A DNA stretch of 64,000 nt, from positions 14,448,001-14,512,000 of the forward strand of contig NC_087250.1 in the NCBI RefSeq assembly GCF_037042905.1, written 5' to 3'. This document shows, piece after piece, positions 58,301 through 64,000 of this stretch (position 1 is its first letter; the number at the start of each line of letters is the position of its first letter). The DNA is from Lytechinus pictus. Its lineage: Eukaryota. The position numbers and the translations under genes were made by a program. The notes under the pieces were generated by a model, which worked only from the letters and a program-made list of their open reading frames with translations, was not told the origin of the DNA and did not search any database.

Positions 58301-60468
58301 CTAATTGATAAACTATTAATTTTTGAAGTGTAAAAACGAGATATTAAGTTTGTTCAAACTGTAGTAGTACCTTTTAGCAGTGATTTTCTGTTGGTTCAAT
58401 GCTCAACTGACTTGACGCCAGTTGCTTGAAAGAAAAGACCTGTAGATCGAGATGCCGACTGCCCCCCCCCCCCCCCTTCGATAGTTTTCAATGATGACTT
58501 TAAAGTAAATAATAATAATATTGATAGTAATAATAATCGATGTTTTTTCGTCTCACTAAAGGTTGTAATCAATACAATTAATCCAATGAATTGAAAGTCA
58601 TTAGTGTCATTTTCCTTGTTTTACTCCAAAAAATGAAGATAGTTTTATTTTACCTTCAGTATATATATCAAATTATTTCACATTGCTTCTGAAAGAAAAA
58701 AAAACTTTTGTTATCAGGAACCATAAAAATTGAAATTGATGCATTATACATAAACATATGGGGCAGCTGTATATGACGTCACAATTCAAAAACTTGACAT
58801 TCTAAAAACTGTTTTTAAATCTTTGAGGGATTTTTTCAAACCTTCACCAATGTTTTTTTTTTAAAGATATTTTTACATCAATTTGTTCTTCAAGGTGAAC
58901 TTCGCCTTTAATTATGCCCAACCGTATTGATGTGCATTTACATTTCTGCACCATTCTGTCGTAATACAGATGTGGTTTTTTTCTTCTTCCTTGTCCTCTT
59001 TCTTTTCACTTTTCGATGTTATAGATATCTATCAGATGAAGTTGACAGCCCTAGTTATAGCAAAACCTCTGATTCGATTAAGGTAATAAAAAGCGAAAGA
59101 GGGTGAAACATATTTAAAAACATTAATAACAGGTCAGATTATATCTAGCGAAATTACTAAATGACTCTAGTTTGGCTTAAAGGGGTACTGTGGGTTAAAA
59201 TGATATGATTTAAACTTATTAAGAAAAATTCAGACAGATAGGAGGCAGTAAATTTGATCAAAATCAAACAAGGAATAACAAAGTTATGACATCTTAAAGA
59301 TATGCATTATTTTTTTAACAGTTTTAATTGTTTCGTTAAGTGGGAAACGTATCATACACATAAGTATGAAAATATTAAATAAGTATGATTTCATATAATA
59401 AAAAAGAAAAGGGAAAGTAGTAAATACAAACAAACAAATAAAGTGACTCGAGACACCACGGCCCAGAACACAAAGCTTAGCAATCATCTTAGAAGATTTT
59501 TCTAAGATTAATTGCATTGACTGCAGTGTACAAGTAGGTCCTATTGGTGAATATCAAGCGTATACGATTGATCGCTAACCTTTGTGTTACGGGCTTAACG
59601 GACTCTACTTTCTTGATTATAATGCACCGCGAGCACTGATACCCAGAGGCGTCGATCCTGGGGGGGGAGCAGGGGGGCGATCGCCCCACCAATGAAAATA
59701 TTGCGGGGCAAATATATCGTTTCCCCCCCCCCCCCCAATAATTCCGCATGTGCAAAAAATAAAATAAGATTGTAATGTTACATAGAAATCAGCAAGCGAG
59801 ATTGAAATACACAACTCGTTCTTTATCTCAAATTGTGCTCAAAATGTCCGCTTTTCAGATTGGAATCTAAAATTTTTTTAGCTCGCTCTTCGCGCTCGCA
59901 TCATTTCTGTAGCAAAAACCCATACTTTTCATGATTAAATAGGTGAATAGAATGTCCCGTTTTCAGTTCTAGACCTCAAAAGAACTCCCACTTCGATTTG
60001 CAATAATCTTTTGTTGGATATATATCTTGTTCTTTATTAAAAACGTCCATTAAACTCAATTTTTTCAGATCGAAATATCAAAATTTTCAGCTCGCGCTTC
60101 GCGCTCGCATCTATTGTTTTTTAGATACCCATCTTAATCATAAGTACCAAAAATGCTTAGAATATAAAGAAATTTCAGCTCGCGCTTCGCGCTCGCATTA
60201 ATTTGTTGGTGAGATATGTGTCTCTATCTCATGAGTCATATATATATATAGGCATATGTGTGTGTGAGTTTGTTAGTTTGTTTTGTGTGATCGAGTGCCT
60301 TTGGAAAGCTGATTCATGATTTTGCATGCCCCCCCCCCCCCCAATCTGAAAAATGGATCGACGCCCCTGCTGATACCTTATTTTCATCCAATGATTTATG
60401 TTTAAGTCGCTTTTAATTCTTTCCTTTAGTTCGCAAACACCATGGACAATCAACATACCACAACATAA
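14287..60468 (+). CDS. MAM and LDL-receptor class A domain-containing type I membrane protein (MALRD1/MAMDC4-like), ~26 exons, ~1437 aa; whole-gene span
   Basis: Manually spliced exons total 4314 nt with all intron phases compatible. Repeated MAM motifs (CDFE, W, DHT, GxY, C.FWYHM, IAIDDV), three LDLa repeats (DC.D.SDE type), signal peptide, S/T stalk and TM segment. Confidence 0.88.
14870..15193. mobile_element. Harbinger-like MITE
   Basis: ggccggtattcaatcg...cgaattgaataccggcc inverted ends. Confidence 0.7.
16025..16284 (+). CDS. Exon 2 (MAM1)
   Basis: cag|..[35 protein letters not shown]..|gtgagt. Confidence 0.85.
16420..16697 (-). mobile_element. tRNA-derived SINE
   Basis: Minus-strand head gggcgttgtggtctagtgg (A box) and ggtttgattcc (B-box-like); central gggtacccggtag core; (TTA)n tail; same family as 55234-56360. 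Confidence 0.75.
17223..17313 (+). CDS. Exon 3 (end of MAM1)
   Basis: [26 protein letters not shown]; tag|...|gtatga. Confidence 0.85.
17575..17651 (-). mobile_element. tRNA-like head of a second SINE
   Basis: Minus strand: gtggtctatagtggttagagc (A-box-like) and gagttcgaatcc (B box). Confidence 0.55.
17982..18258. mobile_element. MITE family with cacagtgt repeats; second copy at ~29130-29408
   Basis: ctggaaagaccacagtgt...acactgtgttctttccag inverted ends; internal similarity to 29137-29403. Confidence 0.65.
18478..18654 (+). CDS. Exon 4 (start of MAM2)
   Basis: [32 protein letters not shown]. Confidence 0.92.
19458..19831. mobile_element. Fold-back MITE; related copy at 41021-41258
   Basis: caatagagtaccgaagtg...cacttcggtactctattg; arms pair over most of the length. 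Confidence 0.8.
20305..20475 (+). CDS. Exon 5 (MAM2)
   Basis: [30 protein letters not shown]; cag|...|gtaagg. Confidence 0.93.
20600..20762 (+). mobile_element. SINE 3' portion
   Basis: caacccaggtgaggtaaatgggtaccggtagg core shared with the 16420-16697 SINE; tattatt tail. Confidence 0.55.
21434..21616 (+). CDS. Exon 6 (end of MAM2)
   Basis: [29 protein letters not shown]; |gtaagt. Confidence 0.93.
21631..21797. mobile_element. MITE with aatagaccttatgcat TIR
   Basis: aatagaccttatgcat...atgcataaggtctatt; intact relative of the MITE split by the 36-40 kb LINE. Confidence 0.75.
22193..22330 (+). CDS. Exon 7 (start of MAM3)
   Basis: [28 protein letters not shown]; |gtaagt. Confidence 0.92.
23814..24262. 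mobile_element. Fold-back MITE (TA flanks) containing a nested Harbinger-like MITE at 23844-24010
   Basis: ctctctaaatgc...gcatttagagag; the inner ggg..ccc element with CAG/CTG flanks interrupts the left arm. Confidence 0.8.
24290..27995. repeat. 3.7-kb (CTA)n/(CTT) microsatellite array with internal segmental duplications
   Basis: Direct reading; diagnostic interruptions recur at offsets of ~1.59 kb and ~1.93 kb. Confidence 0.97.
28029..28154 (+). CDS. Exon 8 (MAM3)
   Basis: [22 protein letters not shown]; tag|...|gtaaat. Confidence 0.88.
28461..28598. mobile_element. Harbinger-like MITE
   Basis: CAG ggg tgcgttgcatcaa...ttcatgaaacactccc CTG; same family as 61160-61400. Confidence 0.6.
29537..29619 (+). 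CDS. Exon 9 (MAM3)
   Basis: [12 protein letters not shown]..; phase 1 in and phase 0 out, matching both neighbours. Confidence 0.75.
30284..30443 (+). CDS. Exon 10 (end of MAM3)
   Basis: [23 protein letters not shown]; |gtatga. Confidence 0.9.
30489..30547. repeat. Perfect palindrome with 29-bp arms and a 1-nt centre
   Basis: ataactatgcaagtctatctccttatcat-t-atgataaggagatagacttgcatagttat. Confidence 0.95.
31155..31444 (+). CDS. Exon 11 (MAM4)
   Basis: [41 protein letters not shown]; |gtgagt. Confidence 0.94.
32575..32685 (+). CDS. Exon 12 (MAM4)
   Basis: [24 protein letters not shown]; |gtaagt. Confidence 0.87.
32945..33066. mobile_element. Harbinger-like MITE
   Basis: gggcccgttgcataaaac...ttttatgcaacgggccc. 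Confidence 0.75.
33403..33604 (+). CDS. Exon 13 (end of MAM4 and LDLa1)
   Basis: [31 protein letters not shown]. Confidence 0.92.
34134..34409 (+). CDS. Exon 14 (MAM5)
   Basis: [30 protein letters not shown]. Confidence 0.9.
34921..35048 (+). CDS. Exon 15 (MAM5)
   Basis: [24 protein letters not shown]. Confidence 0.85.
35508..35712 (+). CDS. Exon 16 (end of MAM5 and LDLa2)
   Basis: [34 protein letters not shown]. Confidence 0.93.
36401..39432 (+). pseudogene. Disrupted LINE ORF2 (APE endonuclease plus RT)
   Basis: Split across ORFs starting at 36401, 36593, 37697, 38190 and 38755 by stops and frameshifts. Confidence 0.88.
39604..40346 (+). mobile_element. Penelope-like element fragment (GIY-YIG endonuclease end plus 3' repeat region) flanked by (TA)n
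   Basis: CNCR..CPL.GNCL..IIYKA..VYFG..FKERF.NH..CNLCL.EK..LN.RSE..CRH; absent from the sister LINE copy at 55.8-56.0 kb. Confidence 0.88.
40214..40259 (+). ncRNA. Type I hammerhead ribozyme (minimal, Penelope-associated)
   Basis: Stem I GUC/GAC, core CUGAUGA 40217-40223, stem II GC(C)GCCU/AGGCGC, GAAA, short stem III ACC-AUU-GGU, cleavage triplet GUA 40254-40256. Confidence 0.82.
41021..41258. mobile_element. MITE of the same family as 19458-19831
   Basis: tagagtaccgaagtgtgacgtca...tgacgtcatcgcttcggtact. Confidence 0.7.
41331..41587 (+). CDS. Exon 17 (MAM6)
   Basis: [37 protein letters not shown]; |gtaagt. Confidence 0.92.
42049..42213 (+). CDS. Exon 18 (MAM6)
   Basis: [24 protein letters not shown]; |gtaagt. 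Confidence 0.9.
42865..44336 (+). mobile_element. 5'-truncated, degraded L2/Crack-group LINE
   Basis: [32 protein letters not shown]; in-frame stop and frameshifts; AATAAA and (TGAATC)n tail. Confidence 0.88.
44414..44660 (+). CDS. Exon 19 (end of MAM6 and LDLa3)
   Basis: [38 protein letters not shown]. Confidence 0.93.
45272..45385 (+). CDS. Exon 20 (start of MAM7)
   Basis: [18 protein letters not shown]; cag|...|gtatag. Confidence 0.85.
45441..47128. mobile_element. hAT-like non-autonomous element hosting a nested element
   Basis: 15-bp TIR cactggcgtaaatcc/ggatttacgccagtg; no clean TSD. Confidence 0.7.
45551..46693. mobile_element. hAT-type non-autonomous element with gcgagcgcgaagcgcgagc repeats and 8-bp TSD
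   Basis: cagtggcgta/tacgccactt; TATGTCCA at 45543-45550 and 46694-46701. Confidence 0.82.
47214..51517. mobile_element. Composite of hAT-like non-autonomous elements with gcgagcgcgaagcgcgagc repeats, interrupted by a LINE
   Basis: catgggcgaaaatc/gatttccgccattg ends; second start caggggcggatcc at 47252; motif repeated through 49740-51220. Confidence 0.6.
47591..49697 (-). mobile_element. 5'-truncated L2/Crack-group LINE (RT and C-terminus)
   Basis: ORFs 49383-49730 and 48185-49456 ([25 protein letters not shown]); (ATCAA)n tail at 47591-47612. Confidence 0.92.
52725..52939. mobile_element. CAC-type MITE with TA flanks
   Basis: tacactgcaaaaa...tttttgcattgta. Confidence 0.6.
53052..54813. mobile_element. 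Nested or self-inserted copies of a non-autonomous DNA element with tagtacggggtta subrepeats
   Basis: Left ends taccctttttacac at 53052 and 53128; right ends gtgtaaaaagggta at ~53441 and 53626 and gtgtataaagggt at 54813. Confidence 0.7.
53645..54239. mobile_element. Kolobok-like MITE with TTAA TSD
   Basis: TTAA|aggggaatcc...ggattcccct|TTAA. Confidence 0.82.
54931..55166 (+). CDS. Exon 21 (MAM7); alternative in-frame acceptor at 54925
   Basis: [38 protein letters not shown]. Confidence 0.88.
55234..56360 (+). mobile_element. tRNA-derived SINE split by a LINE insertion
   Basis: Head ..gtggttatgactctcgtc..gtgggttcg (to ~55294); body resumes cccagccatggcg at ~56150; ggtacccggtagg core; (TTA)n tail. 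Confidence 0.75.
55296..56149 (+). mobile_element. Short 5'-truncated copy of the 36-40 kb LINE family
   Basis: Near-identical to 39015-39590 plus 40376-40608; AATAAA and (GAATT)n tail. Confidence 0.92.
56810..56918 (+). CDS. Exon 22 (end of MAM7)
   Basis: [17 protein letters not shown]; |gtaagc. Confidence 0.85.
57653..57835 (+). CDS. Exon 23 (Ser/Thr/Pro-rich stalk)
   Basis: [19 protein letters not shown]..; tag|...|gtgagt, phase 1/1. Confidence 0.8.
57845..58055. repeat. (GCT)/(AAT)/(GAT) trinucleotide low-complexity tract
   Basis: Direct reading. Confidence 0.85.
58158..58251 (+). CDS. Exon 24 (transmembrane helix and basic stop-transfer)
   Basis: [30 protein letters not shown]; |gtaagc. 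Confidence 0.87.
59025..59082 (+). CDS. Exon 25 (cytoplasmic tail)
   Basis: Strong polypyrimidine tract and tag; [19 protein letters not shown]; phase 2 entry matches exon 24. Confidence 0.7.
59644..60369. mobile_element. hAT-type non-autonomous element with 8-bp TSD
   Basis: cagaggcgtcgatcc/ggatcgacgcccctg; CTGATACC at 59636-59643 and 60370-60377. Confidence 0.87.
60430..60468 (+). CDS. Tentative terminal coding exon 26
   Basis: ttctttcctttag acceptor; [16 protein letters not shown] in phase 0; AATAAA at ~61863 and ~62099. Confidence 0.45.
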   Translation, partial: FANTMDNQHTTT

Positions 60469-60549
60469 CAGGCATCAGACCGTATAACTCAACCATGTGC
60501 TGTAACTGTTTGGAAAGGGGTATGCTTTGTGAATTCAAGCCTCGATTAA

Positions 60550-60974
60550 AGGCGACCGCGCACCTTGCGATTGGTCTGCGACTCAATTTTGGAGTAAAAC
60601 GTTGTAGAATGTGATGCTAATAATGAGACTTGGAATATCTTAATGTGTAATGTTCGAAATCATCGTACGAATCTCTATGTTCAAATCTGTGACTATATGC
60701 TATCATCCTTCTTAGAATAAAAGCAAATTTAATATCTAGTCGTAATGTCGTAATGACGTCATAGCAGTCGTACGATTGGCTACGATTTGAAACTAATTTG
60801 GCCTTTACTCCAAAATAAAGGCTTACAATCTTACAAAATATTTATATTAGTATTCTTTCAATTAATTTTAACCTCAAATAAAATGACATGTTCCATTCAC
60901 ATTTTCAGAAAATGAGCAAAATGCGATTTGTTCCAAAATCGGATAGCGAACAGTCGTAAGGTGTGCGATGGCCT
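60550..60974. mobile_element. Harbinger-like MITE with TAA TSD
   Basis: aggcgaccgcgcaccttgcga...tcgtaaggtgtgcgatggcct. Confidence 0.65.
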
Positions 60975-61159
60975 TAAGAAAGATTTTTGACATCATCAAC
61001 TGTACATCTCTCAGGACGTGGAAGGATTTTTTTTTGTGAAAGGCTCCAAGTGCTCAAAACAACATAATGTTTGTCAATGAAATAACCCCACCCGCTGTAT
61101 CTCTCTTCTCTCCGCTTCTCTCACATACACACTCACACACAAACCCGCACCCCATCCCT

Positions 61160-61400
61160 GGGAAGCGTTTCATCAACATATTTTGTCCGAGTGACAGATC
61201 TAACAACTTTCCTTGATTTTGATTGGCTCAGAAGCTCTGTTAATATGGTACGTAGCTGTCGGATAAAACAGGACTTGTTGGACGTTTTATCTTACAAGTC
61301 CTGTTTCATGATTCATCCGAGAGTTTTCATAGTAACATTGCTTCTCAGTCAATCAAAATTAAGGAAAGTTGTCAGATCTGACAACTTGGCAGACAAAAAT
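61160..61400. mobile_element. Harbinger-like fold-back MITE
   Basis: agcgtttcatcaacat...atgttgatgaaacgct with CTG/CAG flanks. Confidence 0.7.
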
Positions 61401-62964
61401 GTTGATGAAACGCTATCCAGAGGTTAAATCAAACCCGAGTTGAGAATACTCCTTTCTTCTTTCTCTCTTTTTTTTCTATACCTCTTTTATCTCCATGGCT
61501 TTCTTTAGTGCCCTTCTCTTTACTTGCCTTGACATGCTTGAGGGCGGGTACTACAGGAATGCCAGAGCCGAAGAATCTTTTTCATTTTAAAATGATAAAT
61601 AGGGAAATGTTTAAAGAAAGAAGAAAATATTAACCTAATTTTAAAGAAAGGACATTATCTCTTCCTCCCCTTCAAAATGCCTAAATAATTTCGATTGGAT
61701 TGATAAATCTAGGACGTACATTTCTTAACAGTTTAACCTGAATGATATTATGATGAAATCATTGTATTATGTGTTTTCTCATTTACATTTTTATTTTGAA
61801 TACCCCACCCCTTATAAAGACTTCCCGAAACCATATGATCTAAGTCCTCTAGTTGTTTGAAAATAAAGTTTATTCGTTTTGGAAAAGAAGAAAAGTCTTT
61901 AATTTCTATCAAATGCTGTTATTTTTTGCTCAGATAGCTGGTCTTTGCATTTATCTTTATATATGTTTCCTGATGTACAAATTACCTGTGTGTTTTTTCA
62001 ATATGATGATATAAGATTTAGTTTGTAATTGTTTCGCCACAGATCTATTGAAATAGTTCTGTAATATCACTATACTCTATGTTTGCTTTGATTGTTTCAA
62101 TAAATACACAACTTGTATAAACGACATAAAAATGCGACAAGAATTATTCTGTAACAAATCATTTATTCCCATAGTCATTTAGAAAGGCTAATATCCAGTC
62201 TGGCGAATAATGAGAAGATACTTTGGATATAGTGGCTGATTAAACAGAGGACTACGAATGAAGTGGGGAATGGTGAGACGAAAATTCAAAAAGAGAAGAA
62301 ATGGATGAAGGAGAGGAAGAGGGAAGAAAATAAATTATGAAAAAAAGAAGAATGGTGGAAGAAGTAGAAATGAAGGAAAAAATGACAGGCGGTTAAATAA
62401 ACGCGAATGGCGAATTTACTCGCGATAATAAAAAAAATCGAGTCATCAATAATTTGCTGTTTGCAATTGATTGCAAATGCAACCATACACCGCCCCTCCC
62501 AAATACTCCCTTCGAATATAATATCCTGATTACACCATGCCGAAAATGATCGATCAGAAATGACGTCATAATAAATGGTTGGATATTCTTAATGCGCGCT
62601 CTCCTATTTAGGCCCGTTCTCATAGAGCTGTATGCATAATCACTGTGCAGACTACAATATATAGAAAAGGAATTCCGCATGTGCACTATGTATTTTATGA
62701 TGCATGGCGTAAGCACCAGTGGCAATGCATACGCGCTTGTGAATGTTATGCGCGCGCATGCCATTCTCCATGGCAACGCGCTCAACGCAACAAGTGCATG
62801 CAACATGAGCTGAAACAAAAAAATAAACAAAACAATTTCAATGGATTTTTCTCTGAAGAAATGGATGCTCGAGCTTTGTGTGTGTCTGTTGCTGGATTTT
62901 TCTGAATCTTCGTTATTCGCCTTTTTTATCCTTTTGGGGAAATAAAGATGGATTTCTAATTAAA

Positions 62965-63183
62965 ATGGGCAAGGAGAGCACGCGACATAATAAGGGAAAC
63001 TCGGATGATGAGAACTGGCGAAATCAACGAAGCAGGGTGGCTTCCCCGAAGAAAGTGACAACGGGATCATCTCGAGTTTCATCCACCTCATCATTGGCGT
63101 CGTCATCATCGAGCAATGCTCGACATAGACGAGAAGGAGGAAAAGTTTCCATGTCTTCATCCACATCATCCTCAACGACATCA
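62965..63183 (+). CDS. Possible first coding exon of a downstream gene or element (Ser-rich, unknown)
   Basis: aaaATGG start, 73 open codons, consensus donor |GTAAGT; CpG-rich upstream region with TGACGTCA. Confidence 0.3.
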
Positions 63184-64000
63184 GTAAGTGATTTATTTTT
63201 TAAACTCTTGAAAGTCTTTTAGAATAAAAAGAGAGAAATGAGAGAGTTGTTGAACTCTTAATGATGGGGTGACCATAATTTGCGCACATTTTTAAAAATA
63301 ACCATGAAGTTGATTTTCAATCAAAAATTTCTCACAGTTCACACAAAATTAATCAAAATCATAAATAGGAGAGGTCTACCAGATGGAAGGCAAGATCCCA
63401 AAGTCAAATTCGCTTGACGGAATTTTAAAGTAGGTCAAGGGTTTCGCTGGAATCTTGATCTCAAAATACATGGCGATCGACTAGTGCGCGCTCGGCTGAA
63501 AAAGAGTGTCATAAAAAAGTGAAACCTTATTAATTTGCGCACGATCGTTTTGCAAAGCTTTAGAAAAGAAATCAAGCAGACAAAGGTAAGATAATATCAG
63601 ATGGAGGTTAAATGCCATAAATTCGGTTGGTATCACATTTTACTGACCACTTTGGAAACCTCTGCTTGCAAACTGGCGATTTCTTGATGCCAGTGGCATA
63701 AAGCCCCCCCCCCCCCCCCCCCCGGCGGATTTCACCGGGAAAAGAAAAAAGGGAGGGAGAAAGAAAGGGAAAGGGGAAGGAAAAGGAAAGGGAAAACGAA
63801 AAGAAAACGAAGATTTTGTTTTATGGAAAAGGTTGGAAAGCGGGAAAAGGAACTAAAGAAGAACATTTGAGAAAGAACAAATCATTCTGAAATAGGCCTA
63901 TGTAATGCAATAACATGATGGGAAATAAATTAAAAGATGACAAAGTGGCAGACAATAGCGGGAAACGAAGGTAGATTGCCTTAGCCTAGTCAAAAGCCAA

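Overview
Eukaryotic, AT-rich, repeat-dense genomic DNA. The repeat style suggests a marine invertebrate, probably an echinoderm (inference only). The main feature is one complete + strand gene of about 26 exons (14287-~60468). All junctions are GT-AG and phase-consistent, giving a ~1437-aa type I membrane protein: signal peptide, 4 MAM, LDLa, MAM, LDLa, MAM, LDLa, MAM, S/T stalk, TM helix, short tail (MALRD1/MAMDC4-like). Introns and the upstream region hold several CR1/L2-group LINEs (one with an open 857-aa ORF2), a Penelope-like GIY-YIG fragment with a type I hammerhead ribozyme, tRNA-derived SINEs, many MITEs (hAT-, Harbinger-, Kolobok-, CACTA- and possibly AcademH-like), two minisatellites and a 3.7-kb (CTA)n array. 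Most notable: the hammerhead; a 48-bp perfect hairpin element with a 9-bp TSD; a duplicated splice acceptor in the (CTA)n array that could make a secreted MAM-mucin isoform; several multi-level nested insertions; and a 3' hairpin (AAGC-loop-GCTT) shared by different LINE families. I cannot claim a wholly new system from sequence alone.
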